DNA from: Bacteroidota bacterium
Lineage (GTDB): Bacteria > Bacteroidota > Bacteroidia > Bacteroidales > Dysgonomonadaceae
Assembly: GCA_023437305.1 (NCBI GenBank)
Contig: JAEZGN010000010.1
Coordinates: 24,420-88,419 of the forward strand
Direction: 5' to 3'
DNA length: 64,000 bases
In this document: piece by piece, positions 54,814 through 64,000 of the stretch
How positions within the stretch are numbered: the first letter of the stretch is position 1
How the letters are laid out: each line of letters starts with the position of its first letter
Notes under the pieces: model-generated
The model's database searches: none
What the model was told of the DNA's origin: nothing
Seen by the model: only the letters and a program-made list of their open reading frames with translations
Position numbers and translations under genes: made by a program

Positions 54814-54898
54814 GTGTGTTTAATACGCGATACAAAAGTATGTAATAATATTATAGCGTACAATATACGCCAATACAAATTAACATGTTATACAACAC
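54814..54898 (-). promoter_or_regulatory. promoter with NrtR-type operators
   Basis: GTGT-N7-ACGC at 54814-54828, TACTTTTG -7 at 54840-54833, GCGT-N7-ACGC at 54856-54870, ATGT-N6-ACAC at 54885-54898. Confidence 0.72.
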
Positions 54899-54906
54899 AA
54901 ATTGAG

Positions 54907-54945
54907 AAAAAAAATATCCAAACATGAAATAAACATGTTTGGATA
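54907..54945 (-). terminator. terminator of the NrtR-family gene
   Basis: TATCCAAACATG...CATGTTTGGATA with a U-tract on the minus strand. Confidence 0.75.
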
Positions 54946-54972
54946 CACATAACTGATAGCAAAATGATTATA

Positions 54973-55719
54973 TCATAGTTCCAATAACATTTCTATCCTC
55001 TTCATATTGAAAGAGTATAAGTTAGGTTGGGGATAAGGATCTGTCTCTCTTTTTTTATCCAGATTGACTATTAAGCCTGAGGTTAGCATCCGTTTTCTAA
55101 AGTTACGTTTATCAAGCTCTTCACCTAATATACCTTCATATATTTTTCGCAACTCTACTATTGTAAACTCTTCGGGAAGTAATTCATATCCGATAGGAAT
55201 AACATCAATAAGCAGTCTTATGTGCTTTATTGCCCGATTTATAATTTCATTATGATCATGGCTGAGTTTAGGTATTTTATCTATATCAAACCACATACTC
55301 AAGTCTGTATCGTCTTCGCTCAACGATACCTCATCGTAACGCACGAAAGCAAAATAACCCAAAGTTGCATACCGGCTCATCAAATTGGGAATATCGTCAG
55401 GACTAACACCATAACTTTCTAGCAGATCTCTATTATTATCTATATTGCAACGGTCTTTCTTTCCAAACAAATAGAATTGCCTCAATTTTATATTAGTCAA
55501 TCCGGTACGTTGAAGCAAAACTCTTTGTACAGCTTCATCAACATCCTCATCCTTATGAACTAAACCTCCCGGCAACATCCACAATTTATTTAATTTATAT
55601 TTATTGAGCAATATCTTCATTTTCTGCTCATGAAACGATATAATAACACAGTCTACAGATAGTCCCGGGTGTATATTCTCTGTCTGTGCTTTGAAACTTT
55701 CCAAATACGGAGATCCCAT
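54973..55719 (-). CDS. NrtR family (Nudix + wHTH) transcriptional regulator
   Basis: SVDCVII, WMLPGG, degenerate Nudix box; LLPEEFTIVELRKIYE...DKRNFRKR wHTH. Confidence 0.9.
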   Translation of the reverse strand: MGSPYLESFKAQTENIHPGLSVDCVIISFHEQKMKILLNKYKLNKLWMLPGGLVHKDEDVDEAVQRVLLQRTGLTNIKLRQFYLFGKKDRCNIDNNRDLLESYGVSPDDIPNLMSRYATLGYFAFVRYDEVSLSEDDTDLSMWFDIDKIPKLSHDHNEIINRAIKHIRLLIDVIPIGYELLPEEFTIVELRKIYEGILGEELDKRNFRKRMLTSGLIVNLDKKRETDPYPQPNLYSFNMKRIEMLLEL

Positions 55720-55786
55720 AAATTATTATTAATAAGGTTATTATATTAATATTTATTCTTTTCGACTGCATAGTCCCCTATATTAT

Positions 55787-55874
55787 ATGTTATATAACAT
55801 AGAAAAACATTGACGTATTATATACGTCATTCTGGGCATATATATTAACTTTGCCTCTGGTGTGTAAAATACGT
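55787..55874 (+). promoter_or_regulatory. promoter with NrtR-type operators
   Basis: ATGTTATATAACAT at 55787-55800, TGACGTA-N5-TACGTCA at 55811-55829, TAACTTTG -7 at 55846-55853, GTGT-N7-ACGT at 55860-55874. Confidence 0.72.
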
Positions 55875-55903
55875 TATTATTAAATTGATAAAAAAATATT
55901 GAC

Positions 55904-58330
55904 ATGATAAAAAAATATATTTTAACAGGTTTTTGTTTAATTGTCGCAACTTTTGAATTATTTGCCCAATCGCCCAAACAAATTGTTGTAGATGGGAAAT
56001 CATATCTAGACCTAAATAATGACGGAAAGCTACAACCGTATGAAGATACTCGTTTGCCCAACAACAAACGAATTTCAGACTTAATGACTCGCCTGACACT
56101 AGATGATAAAATAAACCTGGTGTTGGGAACGGGCATGAAGGGGTTCGAAGGGCTGATAAAAGATATGGTAGTAGGAGGTACAGAATATTTAGTTCCGGGG
56201 GCAGCTGGTACAACTTATCCTCTTGATAAATATGGTATACCGGCCATTGTAATGACAGACGGACCGGCAGGTGTGCGCATCAGTCCAACAAGAAAGAACA
56301 CTGATCAAACATTTTATGCAACCGGATTCCCTGTGGGCACTCTATTGGCTTGCACTTGGAATACGAAGTTGATAGAGCAGGTAGGGCGAGCAATAGGAAA
56401 CGAAGTATTGGAATACGGATCTGATATACAACTTGCTCCGGCTATTAATATTATGCGTAACCCACTCTGTGGACGAAATTATGAATACTATTCGGAAGAT
56501 CCCCTATTGACAGGAAAAATTGCGGCAGCAATGATAAACGGCATCCAGGAGAACGGCTCGGGAACATCGGTAAAACACTTTGCGGCAAACAACAGTGAGA
56601 AAAACAGGATGGACTTAAATGTCAACATATCTCAGAGGGCATTAAGAGAGATTTATTTAAGAGGTTTTGAAATCGCAGTTAAAGAATCAAACCCGGCAAC
56701 CATAATGTCTTCTTACAATAAGATAAACGGAATATATACTTCGGCCGATTATGATCTGCTGACAACAATATTGAGAGACGAATGGGGGTATAAAGGAGTG
56801 GTTATAACAGACTGGTTTGGTGGATATAGCAACGGTTTAGAGGCTCTGATGGGTAAAGGCAAAGAACACAACACTTCGCTGCAACTAAAAGCCGGTAATG
56901 ATTTATTAATGCCGGGCATTCCTTCGCAAAAAGAAGACATACTGAATGATTTAAAATCGGGAGCTCTCACCGAAGCGGATTTGGATATTTGTGTAAGAAG
57001 AATATTGGATATGATCTTATCTTCAAACAAAATAAGAAATTATCAATTTTCGAATAAACCCGATTTGAAAAAACATGCAGAACTCACACGTCAGGCAGCA
57101 ACCGAAGGCATGGTCTTATTAGAAAATAAGGAGAATGCTCTGCCTCTTGCTCCGGGCACAAAGAATCTGGCTGTTTTCGGAAGCCTATCTTACAATCTCA
57201 TTGCCGGAGGAACAGGTAGTGGAGATGTAAACAAGGCATATATTGTATCACTAAAAGAAGGACTAAAGAATGCAGGCTATTCGACAGATCAGAAGCTCGA
57301 TCAATTTTATACTCCATTTGTAAATACTGAGGTAGCCAAAGTAAAAGAAGCATTGAAAGCTAACCCTTTAATGCTGGTTCCCCTAATGCCTCAGCCAAAG
57401 CTTAAAGAGTCGATGATAAAAGAAAGTGCCTCTAAAAATGATGTTGCAATAATTACCATCGGAAGAAGTTCCGGAGAAATGGACGACAGAAAAATAGAAG
57501 CGGATTTTAAACTGACACAAGAAGAGCTAAACCTAATAGATAATGTATCAACTATATTTCACGCTCAAGGGAAAAAAGTGATAGTAGTTCTCAATAATGG
57601 AGGAGCGATAGAAGTCACAAGCTGGAAAAACAAAGTAGATGCAATCTTAATGGCTTGGCTTCCGGGGCAAGAAGCAGGAAACTCTGTAGCAGACATTTTA
57701 TCGGGGAAAGAAAATCCATCGGGGAAATTATCAATGACATTTCCTGTAAGATATGAAGACGTTTCTTCTGCCGATAATTTTCAGGGACTTCCTGCCGATA
57801 AGCCAACCGAGGTGATGTATAAAGAAGGAATATATGTAGGATACCGATATTTCAATACATTCAACGTAAAACCTGCATACGAGTTTGGATATGGTCTGTC
57901 TTATACTACATTTGAGTATTCTGATATGAGAATAAGTGATAAGGTATTTGACAACGAACTGTATGTAAGCTTTAATGTGAAGAATACCGGAAAAGTAGCA
58001 GGAAAAGAAGTTGTTCAATTATATTTATCCTCGCCAACGAATGTTATAGATAAACCAGCAAAAGAACTTAAGGCTTTTGCAAAGACCCGATTGCTAAAAC
58101 CGGGAGAAGAACAAACAATAACTTTACGTTTAACTCTTCGCGACCTAGCATCTTTCAATCACGAAAAGAGTGCATGGGTAGCAGACAAAGGTTCTTATCA
58201 GATTGAAGTGGCGGCATCAGCGCTAGACACAAAGCAGAAAGGATCATTTATGTTGCCGGAAACAAAAATTGTAGAAAAAGTAAATAATGTACTAAACAAT
58301 AAGGCTTCTTTTGTCGACTTAAAACCTTAA
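55904..58330 (+). CDS. GH3 beta-glucosidase
   Basis: Signal peptide; TDGPAGVR, RNPLCGRNYEYYSEDP, KHFAAN, VITDW, YKEGIYVGYRY, FGYGLSYT. Confidence 0.92.
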   Translation: MIKKYILTGFCLIVATFELFAQSPKQIVVDGKSYLDLNNDGKLQPYEDTRLPNNKRISDLMTRLTLDDKINLVLGTGMKGFEGLIKDMVVGGTEYLVPGAAGTTYPLDKYGIPAIVMTDGPAGVRISPTRKNTDQTFYATGFPVGTLLACTWNTKLIEQVGRAIGNEVLEYGSDIQLAPAINIMRNPLCGRNYEYYSEDPLLTGKIAAAMINGIQENGSGTSVKHFAANNSEKNRMDLNVNISQRALREIYLRGFEIAVKESNPATIMSSYNKINGIYTSADYDLLTTILRDEWGYKGVVITDWFGGYSNGLEALMGKGKEHNTSLQLKAGNDLLMPGIPSQKEDILNDLKSGALTEADLDICVRRILDMILSSNKIRNYQFSNKPDLKKHAELTRQAATEGMVLLENKENALPLAPGTKNLAVFGSLSYNLIAGGTGSGDVNKAYIVSLKEGLKNAGYSTDQKLDQFYTPFVNTEVAKVKEALKANPLMLVPLMPQPKLKESMIKESASKNDVAIITIGRSSGEMDDRKIEADFKLTQEELNLIDNVSTIFHAQGKKVIVVLNNGGAIEVTSWKNKVDAILMAWLPGQEAGNSVADILSGKENPSGKLSMTFPVRYEDVSSADNFQGLPADKPTEVMYKEGIYVGYRYFNTFNVKPAYEFGYGLSYTTFEYSDMRISDKVFDNELYVSFNVKNTGKVAGKEVVQLYLSSPTNVIDKPAKELKAFAKTRLLKPGEEQTITLRLTLRDLASFNHEKSAWVADKGSYQIEVAASALDTKQKGSFMLPETKIVEKVNNVLNNKASFVDLKP

Positions 58331-58349
58331 TTAACTGATATAAATATTC

Positions 58350-58391
58350 AAAGAGGTTGTTCTGAAAAATTCTTTCGGAACAACCTCTTTT
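58350..58391 (+). terminator. intrinsic terminator
   Basis: AAAGAGGTTGTTCTGAAA...TTTCGGAACAACCTCTTTT. Confidence 0.8.
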
Positions 58392-58635
58392 ATTTAAAGA
58401 TGACTGTTAGAGTAAGATAAGTATAAACAGTCGGATATCCTTATCTTTATTCTATACGTGCCACATTAAATGATAGGTAGTAAGTGAAAAACACACTTCT
58501 CATAATCACAATAATTATCTTTCTCTAATAGATGCCCAAATCTATAAAATTCCATAAGCAAGAACAGCTTGTTTCATTCTTGAAGAAAAACCCATAAACT
58601 TTTCGTATTTTTGTTTAGAAAAAAAACACTGACAA

Positions 58636-58944
58636 ATGATCATTTTCAATACTACATTTCATGTAGAAGACGAAGTCTGCAACGATTATATCCGTTTTAT
58701 CAAAGATGTTTACATAATCAAAGCAACGAATAGCGGTTTCTTGCACGAACCTCGTTTCGCACGCATCCACGCACAGCATGAGGAAAGCGGAACCAGCTAT
58801 TCATTACAGTTCAAGGTGAAGAACGTAGATACGCTCAATCACTGGTATGCTACAGAAGGCGAAGCCCTCCAGAAAGAGCTAACCTCTCTGTTTGGGAATA
58901 AGGCTTTGGGGTTTGTTACATTATTGGAAGAAATAAGCTTGTAG
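58636..58944 (+). CDS. DUF4286 family protein
   Basis: [10 protein letters not shown]...SYSLQF...GFVTLLEE; usual ruvC neighbour in Bacteroidales. Confidence 0.8.
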   Translation: MIIFNTTFHVEDEVCNDYIRFIKDVYIIKATNSGFLHEPRFARIHAQHEESGTSYSLQFKVKNVDTLNHWYATEGEALQKELTSLFGNKALGFVTLLEEISL

Positions 58945-58945
58945 T

Positions 58946-59506
58946 ATGATACAAAAAGAACGAATAATATTGGGTATCGACCCCGGCACACAAGTAATGG
59001 GATACGGTATCTTGCGTGTAGTGAATAACAAGCCTGAACTATTAGCGATGGGGGTACTACAGCTCAGCAAGTATGACGACCATTATCTGAAACTCCGACG
59101 GATTTTTGAACGGATAATAGGACTGATTGATGAATTCCTACCCGATGAACTAGCCATCGAAGCTCCTTTTTTCGGAAAGAATGTGCAAAGTATGCTCAAG
59201 CTGGGTAGAGCACAAGGGGTAGCTATGGCTGCTGCATTATCGCGGGATATTCCCATTTTTGAATACGCCCCGTTGAAAATAAAAATGTCAATTACCGGAA
59301 ATGGACGTGCAGCTAAGGAGCAAGTTGCCTATATGTTGCAACATTTTTTACATATACCGGAGGGTAGTATGCCAACTCAGATGGATGCTACCGATGGATT
59401 AGCCGCTGCAGTTTGCCATTATTTCCAAACAAACAACCCTTCACAAGAAAAGAAATTTACAAGTTGGAAAGATTTTATAAATAAAAATCCGAGTAAAGTT
59501 AAATAA
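58946..59506 (+). CDS. ruvC: Holliday junction resolvase RuvC
   Basis: [34 protein letters not shown]. Confidence 0.96.
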   Translation: MIQKERIILGIDPGTQVMGYGILRVVNNKPELLAMGVLQLSKYDDHYLKLRRIFERIIGLIDEFLPDELAIEAPFFGKNVQSMLKLGRAQGVAMAAALSRDIPIFEYAPLKIKMSITGNGRAAKEQVAYMLQHFLHIPEGSMPTQMDATDGLAAAVCHYFQTNNPSQEKKFTSWKDFINKNPSKVK

Positions 59507-59519
59507 ATCAGCAAACACA

Positions 59520-60182
59520 ATGATATACAAAGATCTAGAAAATATAGAATACGGGCATGCATGGAAATACCAGCAAGAGTTATTCGCAGAAGCCCTATCC
59601 CTTAAGGAGAAAGGGGAACAGCCCGAAAACTACCTCTTGTTTTGCGAGCACCCACATGTGATCACAATTGGCAAACATGGTAAGCATGAGAACCTTCTGT
59701 TTCAGGAAAATTTTCTAAAAGAAAAAGGAGTATCACTTTTCCAAATAGATCGCGGAGGAGATATTACATATCACGGTCCGGGACAACTTGTAGGTTATCC
59801 TATCTTCGATTTGGAATCATACGACATCGGACTGAGACAATATATCTTTAACCTAGAAGAAATTATAATCCGTTTTTTGGCATCTTACAATATCAAAGCC
59901 GAAAGACTAGAAGGTGCAGCAGGTGTATGGATAGATACAACCATTCCTGCTCGCACACGAAAGATTGCGGCAATAGGTGTGCGCAGTAGCCGCTTTGTGA
60001 CAATGCACGGATTTGCATTCAACATAAATACAGATTTATCTTATTTCTCACTTATCAATCCTTGTGGATTTGTTGACAAAGGCGTAACATCGCTCGAAAA
60101 GGAGCTTGGACATAAGGTAGATATGGAAGAAGTAAAAAGCAAAATGAAAGAATTATTTGAAGAGGTATTCATCCCCAAATAA
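59520..60182 (+). CDS. lipB: octanoyltransferase
   Basis: EHPHVITIG, DRGGDITYHGPGQLVGYP, KIAAIG, HGFAFN, PCG. Confidence 0.96.
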   Translation: MIYKDLENIEYGHAWKYQQELFAEALSLKEKGEQPENYLLFCEHPHVITIGKHGKHENLLFQENFLKEKGVSLFQIDRGGDITYHGPGQLVGYPIFDLESYDIGLRQYIFNLEEIIIRFLASYNIKAERLEGAAGVWIDTTIPARTRKIAAIGVRSSRFVTMHGFAFNINTDLSYFSLINPCGFVDKGVTSLEKELGHKVDMEEVKSKMKELFEEVFIPK

Positions 60183-60193
60183 ACACAATAATT

Positions 60194-60949
60194 ATGGAGA
60201 GTTTGCAAAATAAGATAGTATTTGTCACGGGCGGAGCCAATGGCATTGGCAGAAGTATAGTAAAAGCTTTTTGCAAAGAAGGAGCAGATGTTACTTTTTG
60301 CGATACGGATGAAGAGGCAGGAAAGCGACTAAGCGAAGAGATGAAAAGCTATAAATGCTCATTCGCCCAACTTGATGTTGCTGACGCAGAGGCTTTGAGT
60401 GATCTTGTTCATACGATTATCTCCCAAAAAGGAAATATAGATATCATTATCAACAATGTAGGAGTTAGCAATTTCGGGTCGATACTCGATGTGTCAGTAG
60501 AAGACTTCGACAAAGTTCTGAATATCAACCTACGTCCTATATTCATACTTGCCAAATTATTAGCAAAACACCGCTCACTAAATAAAAAATTAAACACCTA
60601 CGGGCGGATAATCAACATGGCATCTACCCGCTATTTGATGAGCGAACCGAATTCTGAGGCCTATGCCGCATCTAAAGGAGCAATCGTATCCCTTACCCAC
60701 GCTTTAGCTATTTCCTTGAGTGAATATAATATAACGGTAAACTGTATCAGTCCGGGCTGGATAGACACAGGGCATTACGGCAATTTACGTCCCGAAGATC
60801 ATAAGCAGCACCCATCGGGCAGAGTAGGCAAACCCGAAGATATAGCACGTACTTGCCTGTTCCTTTGTGAACCGGCGAATGATTTTATTAATGGACAAAA
60901 TATTGTAGTTGACGGAGGTATGACAAAAAAAATGATATATATAGAATAA
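60194..60949 (+). CDS. short-chain dehydrogenase/reductase
   Basis: TGGANGIG, NNVG, YAASK, VNCISPG. Confidence 0.92.
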   Translation: MESLQNKIVFVTGGANGIGRSIVKAFCKEGADVTFCDTDEEAGKRLSEEMKSYKCSFAQLDVADAEALSDLVHTIISQKGNIDIIINNVGVSNFGSILDVSVEDFDKVLNINLRPIFILAKLLAKHRSLNKKLNTYGRIINMASTRYLMSEPNSEAYAASKGAIVSLTHALAISLSEYNITVNCISPGWIDTGHYGNLRPEDHKQHPSGRVGKPEDIARTCLFLCEPANDFINGQNIVVDGGMTKKMIYIE

Positions 60950-60985
60950 AATATATTACTTTTATCTGTCTTAAAATCAGTCGCT

Positions 60986-62209
60986 ATGAAACGCCTATAT
61001 TTTATTTATCTTTTGCTATTCGTCCTCTCCGGTCACGCCATAGCATGTACCACCGCTATTATATCGGGTAAAGGAACTATCGACGGACGCCCCTTGCTTT
61101 ACAAACACAGGGATACAAATGCCTTACAGAATAAATTAATGGCATTTAGCGATGGCAAATATCATTACATTGGTATTGTAAACAGTACAGATAAGACAGG
61201 CAAAGAACTATGGGGAGGCTATAATTCTACAGGCTTTGCCATCATGAACTCAGCATCGTACAACCTGAATGAGAAAGAAGTAGGACCTGAAGAACGTGAA
61301 GGTATCGTCATAAAAATGGCTCTGCAACAATGTGCAACGCTCGCCGATTTCGAAAAAATGCTGGAAACATTACCGAAGCCTCTTTATGTAAATGCAAACT
61401 TCGGGGTGATAGACGCACAAGGAGGAGCTGCCTATTACGAAACAGGCGATTATACCTTCAAGAAATACGATGCAAATGATCCTTCCGTAGCTCCTATGGG
61501 ATATATTATTCGTACAAATTATTCTTTTTCGGGAGATAGAGCCAGAGATAAAGGCTTGAGCCGCTATCAGGCTGCCGACCCGTTATTTTACAAGGCTGCT
61601 TTATCAGGATCACTTTCTTATCGTTTCTTGTTACAAGAGGTTTCACGTCATCTCACGCACGGGCTTACCGGGACAAACTTATACGACATGATGCCTCAAG
61701 ACACTTCAAAGACTGTTTTTGCAGCATTCAGAGATTATATACCCCGCTACTCCTCCTCTTCGGTTATTGTTGTACAAGGCGTAAAGAAAGCGGAACCGGC
61801 TACGCTTACCACTATGTGGACAATATTAGGTTCACCACTTACCACAGTGGCAGTACCTGTTTGGCTCAACAAAGACAATTTGTACCCATCCACAATGCTT
61901 GCCGATGAAACAGGAAATGCAAAGCTATGCGATTGGTCACTGAAACTAAAGAAACAACTCTTCCCCATAGATAGAGGAGAAGGGAATGATTATATCAATC
62001 TAGCGGCACTCATTACCGCCGATGGCAACGGCATTCTGCAAAAGATAAAACCCATAGAAAGTCAGATATTAAACAAGTCCGATTCCCTAATAAACCATTG
62101 GCGTAAAGATGGCTATAATGCGGCTGAACTAAAAGAGTTTTACAAGTGGGTAGATAATCTTATTCAGCAATATTACTCTTTTTCCCCTTCGTTTTCTTTC
62201 TCTTCCTGA
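60986..62209 (+). CDS. secreted Ntn-hydrolase (C45/C69-like, N-terminal Cys)
   Basis: Signal peptide ending AIA followed by CTT; DGRPLLYKHRD; RTNYS. Confidence 0.7.
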   Translation: MKRLYFIYLLLFVLSGHAIACTTAIISGKGTIDGRPLLYKHRDTNALQNKLMAFSDGKYHYIGIVNSTDKTGKELWGGYNSTGFAIMNSASYNLNEKEVGPEEREGIVIKMALQQCATLADFEKMLETLPKPLYVNANFGVIDAQGGAAYYETGDYTFKKYDANDPSVAPMGYIIRTNYSFSGDRARDKGLSRYQAADPLFYKAALSGSLSYRFLLQEVSRHLTHGLTGTNLYDMMPQDTSKTVFAAFRDYIPRYSSSSVIVVQGVKKAEPATLTTMWTILGSPLTTVAVPVWLNKDNLYPSTMLADETGNAKLCDWSLKLKKQLFPIDRGEGNDYINLAALITADGNGILQKIKPIESQILNKSDSLINHWRKDGYNAAELKEFYKWVDNLIQQYYSFSPSFSFSS

Positions 62210-63326
62210 TGTAAAGATATAATCCTGTCAACGGCAGGCTCATACCAAATAGAGTAGAAAGAAATACCAATAATCTGCCCGCTGTACCGCCTATAGCTCC
62301 GATATGAATATCATAATTCATACGGCGTAGCTTGTCTGCAAAATCTTTGTTTTCATATTTACCCTGATACGGATGATCAACCTCAACCTGCTTAAAGGTA
62401 TATTTATCAAACGAGTACCTATCTACATTGTAATACAGTTTCTTGTCGGGGAATACAGTTATCATAATGGCTGAAGCCTTATCTTCTATATTGGGTAGAT
62501 ATATCGAAAAAGCTTGAGCGGTGGGAGCTTTTTGTGACAGATCCGAAAACAATGAATCGATCCCCATATAAATATCTTTAGCAGGAGTATCAATATGCAA
62601 TGTATCGGATTGTGCCATTCTCCATTCAGGCATCACCCTGCCACCCGAAGTAACCTTATATACACCCTGCGACCACCATTCCAGTGCCCACACCATACCC
62701 GTAAGGCTTATGATAAGGAGTATAAAAGCGGCATAAAAACCAAGAATATTGTGCAAATCATATACTTTCTTATACATTTTGGTTTTCTTCTTCCACCTGA
62801 ACCAGAGGCTGTATTTAAGGGCTTTTTTACTTTTCGGAATCCAAAGAATAAGTCCTGTAATTATTACAATCACAAAAACCAATGTAGAATACCCTACAAT
62901 GGGTTGCCCTATACTATAAGGAAGCCAAAGAGAAAAGTGCCCCATCCCAATGAAATCCCAGAAGTCGTAACCCGAAGAACCTTCAGCACCTTTCACCGAT
63001 ATCACTTTACCCGTATAAGGATTCATTTGCAGCGAATAATTATATCCTTGTCCACGGAAAGTCGCTTTAATTGGCGCATCTTCCGAATACTCTATATAAT
63101 CAGGTGTTTTATCTTTAAACTCTTTCTTGGCAATTTCTATTACCGATGAGGGCCGAACAACCGTCGTATGTTTGCCTTGCAATACTTCGGGTAGTTTTTC
63201 TTGATCTACCCATCCATTAAGCTTTAATGCCCAAATAGCTCCCGTCAGGCATACAATAAAAAAAATAAGCCCGGAGATAAGCCCCAGGTAAAGATGCAGT
63301 TGATAAGCTATCTTTTTGAATGTCAT
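62160..63326 (-). CDS. PepSY-associated TM helix protein
   Basis: LHLYLGLISG, HFSLWLP, YDLHNILG, YDIHIG; likely start MTFKK. Confidence 0.88.
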   Translation of the reverse strand: MTFKKIAYQLHLYLGLISGLIFFIVCLTGAIWALKLNGWVDQEKLPEVLQGKHTTVVRPSSVIEIAKKEFKDKTPDYIEYSEDAPIKATFRGQGYNYSLQMNPYTGKVISVKGAEGSSGYDFWDFIGMGHFSLWLPYSIGQPIVGYSTLVFVIVIITGLILWIPKSKKALKYSLWFRWKKKTKMYKKVYDLHNILGFYAAFILLIISLTGMVWALEWWSQGVYKVTSGGRVMPEWRMAQSDTLHIDTPAKDIYMGIDSLFSDLSQKAPTAQAFSIYLPNIEDKASAIMITVFPDKKLYYNVDRYSFDKYTFKQVEVDHPYQGKYENKDFADKLRRMNYDIHIGAIGGTAGRLLVFLSTLFGMSLPLTGLYLYIRKRKKTKGKKSNIAE

Positions 63327-63420
63327 GAGAGAGATTTTTTTAATTAGAAAATTTAAAGAGGATATCCCAAAAGTAATTTTCATTATTAAAATATTACTTT
63401 TGAGACAACCTCATTATTTC

Positions 63421-64000
63421 TTAGAATCTATAATTCAATGCAAGAGATATGGTACGCAATTTCTGCGGTGTAACTGTACTCCATCCTCCGTAATATTTTT
63501 TGTTGGCGAGGTTATCCCCTTTCAAACTGATGGTATAGTTATCTCCATTATAAGAAATCAACGCATTGAAAATAGTATAACTTGGTAAAGTGAAACTACC
63601 GGTTGAGTGTCTGTTGAGTGTTTTATATTCTGATGCGTAGTTAGCACCTGCGCCTATTCCCCACCCTTTCAGCGAACCTGTAGTCAATTTGTAGCTTACC
63701 CATGCATTAAACAAGTTTGCCGGACCTGACTCTTCCGATCTTAGACCGATATAATCACCATCGGCAGCATCCTTTGTTATCTTATTGTAATTGTGGCTAT
63801 AACCCGCAATCATATTCAACCCTACAACAGGATTGGCGATAAGGCTTACTTCTACCCCTCTACTTTTTACCACTCCACCTTGAATTACATTCAACACATT
63901 CGCCGGATCAGCCATCGTTTTGTTAGAAACTTTGATGTCATAGTAACTCACAGTCAACGAAACTCTATCGCTATACAGGTTGCTTTTCACACCCACTTCC
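63421..64000 (-). CDS. TonB-dependent (siderophore-type) receptor, C-terminal part
   Basis: SRGVEV, LPSYTIFNA, NLANKKYY; ends NYRF; lies upstream of PepSY-TM. Confidence 0.85.
   Translation of the reverse strand, partial: EVGVKSNLYSDRVSLTVSYYDIKVSNKTMADPANVLNVIQGGVVKSRGVEVSLIANPVVGLNMIAGYSHNYNKITKDAADGDYIGLRSEESGPANLFNAWVSYKLTTGSLKGWGIGAGANYASEYKTLNRHSTGSFTLPSYTIFNALISYNGDNYTISLKGDNLANKKYYGGWSTVTPQKLRTISLALNYRF

Noticed and set aside
55783..56213. Two minus-strand ORFs (117 and 122 aa) upstream of the NrtR gene
   Set aside because: They overlap the GH3 gene and its operator region in antisense; no recognisable motifs.

Overview
This is an AT-rich Bacteroidales chromosome segment, possibly Dysgonomonas-like; that is inferred from gene content and TAnnTTTG promoters. 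Positions 1-21.4 kb are a polysaccharide utilization locus (PUL) for a probable acylated beta-mannose/glucose glycan. It encodes a GH2 beta-mannosidase, GH26, two unclassified clan GH-A lipoproteins, SusC/SusD/SGBP, a GH130 phosphorylase, an SSS symporter, AraC, GH30 and three esterases. Three of its promoters carry a shared box exactly 49 bp upstream of the -7 element. The PUL ends at a frameshifted, truncated RteC-like remnant and an att-like relic at tRNA-Lys(CTT). Core genes follow: queC-queF behind a preQ1-I-like leader, MATE, yihY, dnaG, dipeptidyl peptidase III, usp, the moxR-DUF58-batABCDE operon with an extra short BatD paralog, and pgk. Next is a SusD-less GH3/TonB-like receptor/NrtR/GH3 module with GT-N7-AC operator arrays, then ruvC-lipB-SDR-Ntn hydrolase, and a PepSY-TM gene with a partial TonB-dependent receptor. 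No CRISPR array, rRNA, intact integrase or transposase was seen. All calls come from reading motifs by eye; no database searches were run.
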